NCBI GenBank assembly: GCA_963837475.1 | Contig: CAWIND010000003.1 | Span: 524,361 to 588,360, forward strand | DNA from: an uncultured Pseudomonadota bacterium | GTDB taxonomy: Bacteria > Pseudomonadota > Alphaproteobacteria > Caulobacterales > Aquidulcibacteraceae | Reading direction: 5' to 3' | Length of the DNA: 64,000 nucleotides | In this document: in pieces, positions 38,602 to 48,815 of the stretch | How the letters are laid out: every line of letters starts with the position of its first letter | Numbering within the stretch: the first letter of the stretch is position 1 | Translations under genes and position numbers: made by a program | Notes under the pieces: model-generated | The model's input: the letters and a program-made list of their open reading frames with translations, nothing else | What the model was told of the DNA's origin: nothing | Databases searched by the model: none

Positions 38602-41600
38602 CTATTCCGCCGCCAGCGCCTGGGCGCGCCCGAGGTCGACGCTCACGAGCTGGCTCAAGCCTTGTTCCGGCATGGTCACGCCATAGAGCCGGTCCATGCG
38701 CGACATGGTCACCGGATTGTGGGTGATGACGACGAAGCGCGTCGTGGTTAGCCGCTTCATCTCGTCCAGCAATGAGCAGAAGCGATCGACATTGGCGTCG
38801 TCCAGCGGCGCGTCGATTTCGTCGAGCACACAAAGCGGCGCCGGATTGGCCAGGAACACTGCAAAGATAAGCGCCGTCGCCGTCAGCGCCTGTTCGCCCC
38901 CGGAGAGGAGCGAGAGATGCGTCAGCCTTTTGCCCGGCGGCTGGGCGTAAATTTCGAGACCCGCGTCGAGGGGATCTTCACTCTCAGTCAGCTTCAGCGC
39001 CGCTTGCCCGCCCTCAAACAAAGTCGCGAACAATTGCGCGAAATGCGCATCGACCTGTTCGAAGGCGCGCATCAGCCGCACGCGCCCCTCATTGTTGAGC
39101 GTCGTAATGGCGCGGCGCAATTTGGCGATAGCGGCGGCGACATCGTCCTTTTCGCGCGTCAGTGTTGCGACGCGCTCGCTTGCCTCGGCGAACTCTTCGT
39201 CGGCACGGAGATTAACCGGCCCCGCCGCATCGCGCTCGGCGCGCAAGCGTTCGAAACGGCGCTCCACCTCAGCGATCGGCGCTGAACCCAGCGCCCCGTG
39301 CAACAATTTTCCGGCGATCTCCGTCATCGCCTCGATCGGCTTGCCGATGTGTTCAAACGCTGTCGCTGCAATATCGGCGGCGCGCGCAGCCGCTGCCTCT
39401 GCATGGGCTTGCGCACTCGCACGGCTCTCGCGCGCGGCGCCATGGGCATGCTCGGCGCTGCGCGCCGCCTCGCCTGCTAAACGCGCTGCGGTCTCTGCCG
39501 CGGCCACGTGGTCGCTCGCCTCGGCGCGCTTGGCCTCGGCGGCGCCCGCTTCATCCATCAAAGCATCGAGCTTGCTGCGCGCCTCCACGGGCGCTGCTTT
39601 CGCGCCATCGCGTCTGCGCTCGATGTCATCGCGTTCTTCGGCGAGCGCGGCCAATCGCTTGTCGGCATCGGCGATGCGTCCGCGCCATTGCTTCAATTCC
39701 ACCTCGATTGAACTGCGCCGCGCATCGCGCTGGGCGCGGTCGCGCACCAAGCTCTGCGCCGCCGCGGCCGCCTCGAGCTGCGGCCAGCCGTGCGGCATCC
39801 GCCGCCGTGCGCGCAGCGTTGAGCGCGCTCTCATCGGGTGGAGACATATCCGCGCCTGCCGCCGTTTCCGCCGATTGCGCGACGAGGAGGCTCGCTTCTT
39901 CGATTTCAGTATCAGCGGCACGGAGCTGTGTATCCAGTTCAGCGCGCCGCTCGCCATCTCGGGCGCGCTCAGCCTCAATCCGCTCCGCCACGCGCGCCGC
40001 ATCGGCGGCGGCCGCGGCATGCTTTGGCGCCTCGGTGCGCAGCGCGCGCGCTTTCGCATCATGGGCTTGGCGTTCGGCCTTTGCGGTTTCCCACGCAGCC
40101 TTCGCCTTGCGCGCACGCTCCTCCGCCGTCGCCAATTCAGTGCGCGCCGCGGCCAGACGATTTTTGTGTTCGAGCCGCGTTGCGGCCGGCTGCGGCGCCT
40201 CAGCGCGGCGGACAAAACCGTCCCAGCGCCAAAGATCGCCCTCGCGCGACACCAGGCGTCCGCCGGGCGGCAGCTTGCGCGCTAAAGCTGGCCCATCTTT
40301 CGCTTCAACCACCCCGATCAACGCAAGGCGCGCTGCCAGCGCTGCCGGCGCCTTGACGAAGCGCGCCAGCGAATGGGCCTCCGGCGGCAGATGCGGAGCG
40401 GGCGCCTCGGCGCCGGCCCAGCGCACCGGCGCCTCGCTATTTGTGGACGCATCAAGATCTTCGCCAAGTGCTGCGGCAAGCGCGCGCTCGTATCCAGCCT
40501 CAACTTCAATGGACGCCAGCACTGGTGGAAACTTCGCATTGGCAGGCGGGGCGAGCTTATCGAGCGCCTTCACTTCGGCTTCGAGCTGATGAAATGCCGC
40601 GTCCGCCGCACGCGAGGCGCTCCAGGCCGCCTCATCTGCGCTCTCGGCGCGCTTCAATGCGGCTTCAGCCTCTGCGAGCGCCGCACGCGTTTCGCCGCTG
40701 CGTTTATTGGCGGCTGCGGCACGCGCATGGGCGTCGGTGATGCGCTGAGTGGTCGCGCTCTCATCGGGCAGCGCGCCGATCTGCGAGATCAGCGATTGCT
40801 TGCGTTGCTCTAAACGCTGCAAGCGCGCACGCGCGTCTGTTGCAGCACTTGATAGCGCTTGTGCGCGGGCGCGGTGCGCTGCGGCGCCGGCTGCAAGGGC
40901 TTCGAGTTTCGCTTCAGCCTCAGCGCGCTTGGCGGCCGCGGTTTGCTCGACCGCCTGCGCCGATTTCAGCGCCGCCTGCGCCTTGGCGGCGTCGGCGGGG
41001 CCGAGGCTCTTCAATTCCTCCTCAAGGCGAGCAAAAGCTGCTTGCGCATCGAGCTTCAGCGCCTCAAGGCGATCGGCTTCATCACGCGCGCGCGCAGCGT
41101 CCGCGTCACAGCGCGCGATAACCGCGTCCGCCTCGGCGAGGTCGCGCTCAAGTCCGACGCGCACGCCCTCCAGGCGCCGCAATAGGGCAGCGGCGACCAT
41201 TTCTGCTTCGCGCAGAGGCGCCAATCCATCGCGCGCCGCCTCGGCGGCGCGCTCGGCTGCGCTTGCGTCCGCCGCCGCTTTCGCCACCGCGCGCTCGGCT
41301 TCGCGCAAATGGCTTTGGGCTTCGGCCTCACGTTCGCGCGCCTCGCTCCAGCGGCGATGCATGAGGAGCGCTTCGGTCTCGCGCAAAGTCTGGGCCAAGC
41401 CGCGATAGCGCTCGGCTTGCCGGGCCTGTTTTTTGAGCGCCTGCGCTTGGGCTTCGATCTCGGCCAGGATTTCGTCGAGGCGCGTCAAATTGGCCTCGGC
41501 GGCTCTAAGCTTCAGATCCGCTTCGTGACGGCGTGCATGCAGGCCCGCAATGCCTGCGGCGTCTTCCAAAATACGCCGGCGATTTTCAGGCTTGGCGGCG

Positions 41601-42058
41601 ATGAGTTCGCTGACCTGGCCTTGGCGCACAAGTGCAGGGGAGTTTGCGCCCGTGGCTGCGTCGGCGAATAAGAGCTGCACGTCCTTGGCGCGGACTTCGC
41701 GGCCATTGATGCGATAGGTCGAGCCAAGCCCGCGGCGAATGCGGCGGGTGACTTCGAGGACGTCGTCCTTGTCGTGCGGGGCGGGCGCACGTCCGGCCGC
41801 GTCGGTCAAGAGCAGCGTCACCTCGGCATGCTCGCGCGCCGGCCGGCCGGCCGAACCGGAGAAGATGACATCATCCATGTCGCTCGCGCGCATGGATTTG
41901 GCGCTGGTTGCGCCCATCACCCAGCGCACCGCTTCAAGCAGATTGGATTTACCGCACCCGTTTGGGCCGACAACGCCGGTCAGCCCCGCTTCGATCGGCG
42001 CGCGCGCGGGATCGACGAAGCTCTTGAAGCCAAGAAGGCGCAGCTCGGTGATCTGCAC
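38602..42058 (-). CDS. smc: Chromosome segregation protein SMC, frameshifted near 39780
   Basis: GFKSF, GPNGCGKSN, hinge, LSGGE, LDEIDAPLD, ITHN. Confidence 0.95.
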
Positions 42059-42081
42059 TGTGGAGCTAGCGCCTCATGAAC

Positions 42082-42723
42082 TCAGTGATGCGCCGCCAGA
42101 GCCTGATCCAGGATCTGCGACATGCCAACGTAAGAGCCCGTACGCGGATCTTCGAGCTTTTGCCCGTTCAGGATGAAGGTCGGCGTACCGGTGACGTTGA
42201 ATTGGGTAGAGCCTTGATCGAAGCGCTGTACGCGCTCCTGGCCGGCAGGATCCTCGATGCACTGCATGACCTGTTCCGGCGTAAGCCCGTAATGGGCGCC
42301 AACCGTGTCGAGGGTATCGAGCACGCCCTGCATCGTCCCGGCGGCGAACATCTGATGTTGATCGGCGAAAATTTCGCCGATGCGGTCAAAGTATTGGTCG
42401 GCGTTGGCGCCGTTGCAGCGCGCGACCTGGAAACCGGCAAGCGCCACCACTGCCGGCGCTGTCAGCGTCTCGCGGAAAATGAAGAACACTTTGCCGGTGT
42501 CGATATAGTTGGCCTTGAGTTGCGGGAACACCGTCTCGTGGAAGTGCGCACAATGGGGGCAAGCGGCCGAGGCGTATTCGATCAAGGTGAGACGCGCGTC
42601 GGGCGAACCCAACACCATGTCGTCGGGCGAGACTGTCGTCTGCGCATTGGCGCGCCCCCACGCCAGCGCGGCCACGCCGAGCGCGGTCACGCCCACCATC
42701 ACTTGCCGGCGGTTTGCGCTCAT
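42082..42723 (-). CDS. DsbA-family thioredoxin-fold protein
   Basis: YASAACPHCAHF, GTPTF, NRRQ signal. Confidence 0.92.
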   Translation of the reverse strand: MSANRRQVMVGVTALGVAALAWGRANAQTTVSPDDMVLGSPDARLTLIEYASAACPHCAHFHETVFPQLKANYIDTGKVFFIFRETLTAPAVVALAGFQVARCNGANADQYFDRIGEIFADQHQMFAAGTMQGVLDTLDTVGAHYGLTPEQVMQCIEDPAGQERVQRFDQGSTQFNVTGTPTFILNGQKLEDPRTGSYVGMSQILDQALAAHH

Positions 42724-42727
42724 GACT

Positions 42728-43384
42728 TCACCCTTGCGGACGCGACGCCAACGCCTGGTCGATCATCTGCGACAGGCCCTCGTAGGTGAGCGCGCGCGGA
42801 TCTTCGAGCTTCTGGCCGTTCAAAATGAGCGTGGGCGTGGCGCTGACATTGAATTGGCGCGCGCCTTCATCGATGCGGCGGATGCGTTCGGGGCCCGCAT
42901 CGTCGCTGATGCACTGCATCACTTGCTGTTCGGAGAGGCCAGACGAGGCGCCGATTTCAAGCAGTTTCGCGCGCACGCCTTCCATTGTGCCCGACGCAAA
43001 CATTTCATGCTGCTGGCGGAAAATCTCACCGAGGCGCGCGAAATATTGCTCGGGGGTCGCCCCACCGCAGCGCGACAATTGAAAGCCCGCCACTGCGACC
43101 GCCTCGGGCGGCGTCGGGAATTCGCGGAAGATGAAGCGCAGCTTGCCGGTGTCGATGTAGTTGGTCTTGAGCTGGTCCCAGACGGTTTCGTGGAAGTGCG
43201 CGCAGTGGGGGCAGGTGGCGGATGCATATTCGATCAATGTTGCGCGCGCGTTCGGCGAGCCCAGCGCCATGTCGTCGGGCCCGGGCGCGTTGCTCGCCCC
43301 GCCTGCGCCATTGCCACCGCTACAGGCGGCGAGCGCCAACAGGCTCGCGCCCAAAATCAACTGCCTACGGCCTACAACGCCCAT
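42728..43384 (-). CDS. DsbA-family lipoprotein
   Basis: GRRQLIL...LAAC, YASATCPHCAHF, ATPTL. Confidence 0.92.
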   Translation of the reverse strand: MGVVGRRQLILGASLLALAACSGGNGAGGASNAPGPDDMALGSPNARATLIEYASATCPHCAHFHETVWDQLKTNYIDTGKLRFIFREFPTPPEAVAVAGFQLSRCGGATPEQYFARLGEIFRQQHEMFASGTMEGVRAKLLEIGASSGLSEQQVMQCISDDAGPERIRRIDEGARQFNVSATPTLILNGQKLEDPRALTYEGLSQMIDQALASRPQG

Positions 43385-43443
43385 GCCGGGGTCCCTCCAG
43401 AAGTCCCCCGGAGGCATAGAGATTTTTCCTCGCCTAGAAAACC

Positions 43444-44004
43444 TCAGGCCTGCTTCAGTGCGCGGCCAAGCCGCATCAGGGCGGATTTGAGGCCAGGATC
43501 GGCGACCGGATCCAGCGCCTCGGAAAGGGCGGCTTCCTCGGCCGCGCTCAGCGGCGCCTTGAGCCGGCGGACATTGGCGGGCCGTGCCGCGGTGGTCCGC
43601 TGCTCGACTTTGACCGCCTTGATCTGAGCGCCCGCCACTTTGAGCCGCTCGACTAGAAGCGGGACCTGCTGAGCCAGGAAGGGCGCAAGCGCGCCGGGCG
43701 CGCGCAAGGTCAGCGTGCCGGCAACCAGCTTTTCCGGTGTGGCGCGGGAAAAGCTATCGCCGGCAATATCAGCCCAGCGGCGCTTCAATTCATTGAGCCC
43801 CATGGCGCCTTGGGGGATGAGGGGTTTGACCACCTTGGCGGCGGCCTTGCCGGCGCGGGGTGCGGCCGACCAGGTTCCCCGGCCCCGCTGGCCGTTCAGG
43901 GCCTGCGCGGCGCGCGTCTCGGCCTGCGGGTCAGACGCCAGCGCGGGCGCTGGCCGGAATTTCTCGCGCAAAGACACAGGCGCGCTAGCGAATTGAAAAC
44001 TCAT
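43444..44004 (-). CDS. DciA/DUF721 family protein
   Basis: LKRRWADIAG, GTLTLR; conserved smc-dsbA-DUF721-mutY synteny; start uncertain. Confidence 0.8.
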   Translation of the reverse strand: MSFQFASAPVSLREKFRPAPALASDPQAETRAAQALNGQRGRGTWSAAPRAGKAAAKVVKPLIPQGAMGLNELKRRWADIAGDSFSRATPEKLVAGTLTLRAPGALAPFLAQQVPLLVERLKVAGAQIKAVKVEQRTTAARPANVRRLKAPLSAAEEAALSEALDPVADPGLKSALMRLGRALKQA

Positions 44005-44026
44005 GAAGAAAGGGTAAAGACGCCTG

Positions 44027-45082
44027 ATGCCTGCGCTTGCCCGATCCGCCCCCGCAACTGTGAGCAAGGCGTCCGCGACTCGGGACAATCTGCGAAAGTC
44101 GTTGCTTGCCTGGTACGACCGCAATGGGCGGGACCTGCCCTGGCGCGTTCGTGGCGGGTGCGCCCCGCCATATCGGGTGTGGCTGAGCGAAATCATGCTG
44201 CAGCAGACAACAGTGGCGGCGGTCGCTCCCTACTTCGCCAAATTTGTAGAACGCTGGCCCGACGTCGCCGCGCTCGCGGCGGCTTTGAGAGATGATGTGC
44301 TCGAGGCGTGGGCTGGGCTTGGTTATTACGCACGCGCACGCAATCTGCATGCGGCCGCCCAAGTGCTCGCGCGCGAGGGCTTCCCCGGTGACGAAGCAGG
44401 CTGGCGCAAGTTGCCGGGTGTGGGCGCTTATAGCGCCGCGGCGATCGCGGCGATCGCATTTGATGAACCCAGCACTGTCGTCGACGCCAATGTTGAGCGC
44501 GTGATGGCGCGTTTGCACGCGGTGGCAACGCCGTTGCCGGACGCAAAGCCTCATTTGCGCGCGCTTGCGGGCGAACTCGTGAGGCCCAACCGCCCAGGCG
44601 ATTGGGCGCAGGCGCTCATGGATCTGGGCGCAACTATCTGCACGCCGAAAGCGCCGAAGTGTTTGCTCTGCCCGTGGCGCGAGGCGTGCGCAGCATTCGT
44701 TTTGGGCGCGCCGGAGGCTTATCCGCGGCGTGCGGCGAAGACTGAGCGGCCAGAGCGGTTTGGCGTTGTGTTCCGTGCTGAGCGCGACGGCGCCATCTGG
44801 CTCGTGCGCCGCCCGGACAAAGGCCTGCTCGGCGGCATGGCTGGATTGCCGACAACAGACTGGCGCGGCAAGACTTGGACGCCCGCCGAGGCGTTAAAGC
44901 GCGCGCCGATGAAGGCAAAGTGGAAGCGCATTGGCGCTGTGCGCCATGTGTTCACGCACTTTGCGCTGACGCTTGATGTTTATGCAGCCGGGGCCGAACC
45001 TTGCGGTGAAGGCTGGTGGGGGCAAGCCTCGGCGCTGCCGACCGTGTTCAAGAAGGCCGCGCTGCTGGAGGAGAAGCAATGA
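44027..45082 (+). CDS. mutY: A/G-specific adenine glycosylase
   Basis: VWLSEIMLQQT, GLGYYARARNLH, LPGVGAY, CTPKAPKCLLCP. Confidence 0.95.
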   Translation: MPALARSAPATVSKASATRDNLRKSLLAWYDRNGRDLPWRVRGGCAPPYRVWLSEIMLQQTTVAAVAPYFAKFVERWPDVAALAAALRDDVLEAWAGLGYYARARNLHAAAQVLAREGFPGDEAGWRKLPGVGAYSAAAIAAIAFDEPSTVVDANVERVMARLHAVATPLPDAKPHLRALAGELVRPNRPGDWAQALMDLGATICTPKAPKCLLCPWREACAAFVLGAPEAYPRRAAKTERPERFGVVFRAERDGAIWLVRRPDKGLLGGMAGLPTTDWRGKTWTPAEALKRAPMKAKWKRIGAVRHVFTHFALTLDVYAAGAEPCGEGWWGQASALPTVFKKAALLEEKQ

Positions 45083-45558
45083 GCGAAACGTTCGAAGGCG
45101 GCTGCAGCTGCGGGGCGGTGCGGTTCAAGCTCACATCGCGGCCGATGTTTACGCATTGCTGCCACTGCCTCGATTGCCAGAAGCAGACCGGCGGCGCCTT
45201 CGCGATCAACGCGCTCATGGAAACGGCGCGGATTGAAATGCTCTCGGGCGGCGAGGCCATTCAAGTCGTCGATATGCCGAGCCCGAGCGGGCGCGGCCAC
45301 GAAATCCATCGCTGCCCGAAATGCGAAGTCGCGGTCTGGAGCGACTATGGCAAGCGCGGCTATCTGCGCTTCGTGCGCGTGGCGACGCTGGATCAGCCAC
45401 ATTCAATCGAGCCGGATGCGCACATCTTCACGCGCTCCAAGGTCCCTTGGGTGCGCCTGCCCGAAAACGCCCGCGCGTTCGAGATTTTCTACGACATGAA
45501 GCAGGAATGGCCGGCTGAGAGCATGGCGCGGCGTGAAGCCGCTTCGAAGGGCGGATAA
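45079..45558 (+). CDS. GFA/CENP-V family protein
   Basis: GGCSCGAVRF, CHCLDCQK, RCPKC. Confidence 0.92.
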   Translation: MSETFEGGCSCGAVRFKLTSRPMFTHCCHCLDCQKQTGGAFAINALMETARIEMLSGGEAIQVVDMPSPSGRGHEIHRCPKCEVAVWSDYGKRGYLRFVRVATLDQPHSIEPDAHIFTRSKVPWVRLPENARAFEIFYDMKQEWPAESMARREAASKGG

Positions 45559-46060
45559 ATGGGCGCCCGGGAGGCAGCCATCGGCTCGGCGCTATTTTTC
45601 CTGCTGGCGCCTGGGACCATTGCGGGCCTCATGCCTTGGCTCATCACCCGCTGGCGCATCGAGCCCGATGCATCCTCGGCGCTCACTCTTGCCGGGGCGG
45701 TGCTGGTTATCCCCTGTGGCGTCATGCTGATCGAGTGCTTCGCCCGTTTCGTCCGCCATGGCGGCACGCCAGCGCCGATCATGCCAACGGAGCATCTGGT
45801 GGTGACCGGGCTTTATCGGCGCGTGCGCAATCCGATGTATGTCGCGGTGACGGGGCTCGATTTTCGCCCAGGCGCTCTTGTTCGGCAGTGCAGCTTTACT
45901 CGCCTATGGCATCGTCATCTGGCTTGGGTTTCATCTCTTCGTGCTCGGCTACGAAGAACCGACGCTGAGACGCAATTACGGGGAAGAATACCAAGACTAT
46001 TGCCGCGCCGTGCCGCGATGGCTGCCACGCTTCAAACCCTGGACGCCGCCGGCGTCGTGA
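45559..46060 (+). CDS. Isoprenylcysteine carboxyl methyltransferase-like membrane protein, frameshifted near 45860
   Basis: GTPAP, LVVTGLYRRVRNPMY, EEPTLRRNYGEEYQDYCRAVPRW. Confidence 0.88.
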
Positions 46061-46169
46061 AGACGGCCCGGTTTTGCTTGAGGGCGCGGCCTCGTTCTCT
46101 CGGTTGGCTTCGGGTTGACCTCTGGGTTGCTCTCTGGTCGCTCTCTGGGTTGCCGGCTCGCGCAGGGAC

Positions 46170-46517
46170 GAACTGATCGTATTTGCCTTTCTCGTGCTCG
46201 CCGCGTCACTCGAAGCGACAGGCGACGCCATCAGCCCTCACGGGCTCGGGCCGCACGGGCTATCCGCGGCGCGCTGGCTTCTTTGCCGTCGGCGGCGCGC
46301 TCTTGTTCGGTTACGGCTTGTCGCTCAATCTCGCGCCAGTCGAATTCAATCGCGTCGTCGGCCTCTAAATCGCGTCGCTGTTTGTGGTCTGGCGGATCGT
46401 CAACTATTTTGCGTTCACGACAGCGCCGACGCTGCCGATTTTCATTGGCGCGGCGCGCTGATCGTTGCTGGCGGCGTGATCGTCGCGCTCTGGGAAGGCT
46501 CACCGTCTCACCCATAA
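46170..46517 (+). pseudogene. Degraded small multi-TM membrane protein gene
   Basis: LVLAASLEATGDA, then GALLFGYGLSLNLAPVEFNRVVGL, in-frame TAA at 46366, IASLFVVW, and further frameshifts. Confidence 0.65.
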
Positions 46518-46558
46518 AAAGCGAAGGACGCGGAGGGGAGCGATCTCCGCGTCCTTGC
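46516..46558 (-). terminator. Rho-independent terminator
   Basis: Stem GCGAAGGACGCGGAG / CTCCGCGTCCTTGC with an A5 tract on the plus strand (U tract on minus). Confidence 0.85.
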
Positions 46559-46588
46559 TTCATTCAGATCGTCTTGGGGCTCGGTTCG

Positions 46589-46690
46589 TTAGGCGACGAT
46601 CTGAGCAGCCTGATTCATGGCGGCTAACGCAGCAGGAAGGAAAAATGCGGCCGCCAGAGCCAGGCTGAAGAATTTTTGCGAGAAGGTCAT
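46589..46690 (-). CDS. Unannotated 33-aa hydrophobic peptide
   Basis: MTFSQKFFSLALAAAFFLPAALAAMNQAAQIVA, followed by its own terminator. Confidence 0.65.
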   Translation of the reverse strand: MTFSQKFFSLALAAAFFLPAALAAMNQAAQIVA

Positions 46691-46755
46691 TGGAAGCGCC
46701 CGTTGCTGTTTCAAGTTCGATGAAACCAACATAGATACGCCCGCGCTGGGCCAAT

Positions 46756-47787
46756 ATGACCGCGGTCACGATGGTGTCGCGCCCCGGCAAGGAGCTGGAA
46801 TTGGACGCCAGATGCCCGATCTGCAGCGCTATCCCTGAACTGCGGCGTGCGGGTTATCCGGGCTATCGCGCGCCCGATGCCTACAACATCTACGCCTGCC
46901 ACAATTGCGATTTGCAGTTCGCGTGGCCGTTCGTCGCCGGCGGCGACATCTACGATGGCATCTATCGCGATCCCGACGTCGTGCCCGGCTATGCGCGTTA
47001 CGCCGCTTATGCGCGCGCGATGGAGCGTTCAGAGACGCCGCTCAATGTGCTTGCCGAAGCGGAGGCGATGTACTGGTTCGTGCGCGAGGCGCTGAAAGCG
47101 CAGGCGCCGGGCGGCGAGATCATCGAAATTGGGTCGGGCTACGGTTATCTCACGCACGCGCTGCGTCGCGCTGGTTACCGCGCGCGCGGCGTCGATATTT
47201 CCGAGAATGCCGTTCGCGCCGCGCGTCAGCGCTTCGGCGACTATTATCAGTGCGCCGACGTGATGGCGATGGCGCGCGAAGCGCCCGGATCGGCTGACGT
47301 GGTGGTGATGACGGAGGTGCTGGAGCACCTCGATCGCCCCCTTGAGATGCTGGGCGCCATCCGCGACTGGCTGCGGGGTGGGGGCATTGCTCTCATCACG
47401 ACGCCGAACAAGGGAGTATTCGCCGAAGCTGCGCTTTGGCGCACGGACAATCCCCCCGTGCACATCGCCTGGTATTCGAAAACGTCTCTGCGCGAGATGG
47501 CGCGTCGCAGCGGCCTTAGCGTCCGCTTTCAAGATTTCTCCGCCATGAATCGCGCCAAGGTCGCCGGCGTGCCGCGCGAAGAGGGCGAGCGTGTCGGGGC
47601 GCCGATTTTGAACCCGGACAATTCTGTGCGCGAAGACATGCGCGTGATGGGCGCCGACCCAGGCTGGCGCGGCGGCGCATCGGCGCTGGCGCGCCTGCAA
47701 CGGCGGCGGAAGTTCCTGCGCCGCGCGCTCACCATGTATGCGCGCGAGAGTGAAATTATCGGAGCGGTATTCTCGAAACCCGCCTGA
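46756..47787 (+). CDS. Class I SAM-dependent methyltransferase with N-terminal CxxC...CxxC
   Basis: CPIC, CHNC, IIEIGSGYG, EVLEHL, ITTPN. Confidence 0.88.
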   Translation: MTAVTMVSRPGKELELDARCPICSAIPELRRAGYPGYRAPDAYNIYACHNCDLQFAWPFVAGGDIYDGIYRDPDVVPGYARYAAYARAMERSETPLNVLAEAEAMYWFVREALKAQAPGGEIIEIGSGYGYLTHALRRAGYRARGVDISENAVRAARQRFGDYYQCADVMAMAREAPGSADVVVMTEVLEHLDRPLEMLGAIRDWLRGGGIALITTPNKGVFAEAALWRTDNPPVHIAWYSKTSLREMARRSGLSVRFQDFSAMNRAKVAGVPREEGERVGAPILNPDNSVREDMRVMGADPGWRGGASALARLQRRRKFLRRALTMYARESEIIGAVFSKPA

Positions 47788-47818
47788 AGCGCTTTTGAGG
47801 GGCGCTGTTGAGAACGCG

Positions 47819-47920
47819 CTATTGCAGCGCAATCCAGACGAATGAGCCGAGGCATAACACCGCCCACGCGCCGATCAGCGTCAGTGGAATGATATTGGAA
47901 CGCCGAGTGCCAATTTGCAT
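47819..47920 (-). CDS. Unannotated 33-aa single-TM peptide
   Basis: MQIGTRRSNIIPLTLIGAWAVLCLGSFVWIALQ with RBS GAGG. Confidence 0.55.
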   Translation of the reverse strand: MQIGTRRSNIIPLTLIGAWAVLCLGSFVWIALQ

Positions 47921-48038
47921 CTGTCCGCCTCAGTGCGTCAGCTGCCCCGCTCGTGCAAATATAGCGGAACCGCAACACGCGCGCCCTAGCGAAAGCGGTT
48001 CCCAGCTGCGGATTGCGGAACTTTAAGACGGCGCTTTT

Positions 48039-48725
48039 TTACCCAGTGCGCGATTCTTCAATGAGCGCTTTGAGCTTGTCGCGCGCCGTCAGCTTGATGC
48101 CGCTGCGGCCCATGGCGATCCAGCCTTCGTCGGCCCATTCATGCAATTTGCGGTTCACTTTCTCGCGCGACGCGCCGATGCGGCGCGCAAGTTCGGTCTG
48201 CGTGAGCGTGACGCTTGGACTGTCGCCAGCTTCCTCAAGCAAACGCTGCGCGAGACGGCCGCCGAGATCGAGCACTTGGGCGTCTTCGATCGCTTCATCC
48301 GCATGGCGCAAACGGCGGCTCATCTCAGCGATCAGCTTCAAGAGCGCCTTGGGTTCGCTTTCGAGTGCGGCGATCGCCTGATCGCGATGGATGCGGAGGA
48401 ACCGCGAGCGGCGAATGGCGCAGATGTCGGCCGAACGCACGCCGCCATCGAGCACCGCCATTTCGCCGATCACTGCAGGGGGTTTAAGGGCTGCCAGGCG
48501 CACGTCCTTGCCGGCTTCGGTGGACGTGCGCACTTCCACTTCGCCTTCGAGCAATACGTAAAGCGCATCGCCCTTGTCGCCCTTGGCGAAGAGCAAATTG
48601 CCGGGCTCGACCGTGCACGGGGCGCCCTGCTTGGCGAGCCTCGCGCGCGTGGCGTCCGAGAGCGCAGCCATCAACTCGGCCCTGCCCAACGCGGCTTCCA
48701 CACTCAGGAGATCAATGCCGGCCAT
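48039..48725 (-). CDS. Crp/Fnr-family transcriptional regulator
   Basis: GDKGDALYVLLEG, IGEMAVLDGGVRSA, LTQTELARRIGASREKVNR. Confidence 0.95.
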   Translation of the reverse strand: MAGIDLLSVEAALGRAELMAALSDATRARLAKQGAPCTVEPGNLLFAKGDKGDALYVLLEGEVEVRTSTEAGKDVRLAALKPPAVIGEMAVLDGGVRSADICAIRRSRFLRIHRDQAIAALESEPKALLKLIAEMSRRLRHADEAIEDAQVLDLGGRLAQRLLEEAGDSPSVTLTQTELARRIGASREKVNRKLHEWADEGWIAMGRSGIKLTARDKLKALIEESRTG

Positions 48726-48815
48726 CGGCGCGCAGGATTGCCGCCGCGAGGCGGCGCGTCAATCACTGACGCACCGCCTCGCGTTCTCACCGATGGCGAA
48801 AATCGGCCCGGGCGG

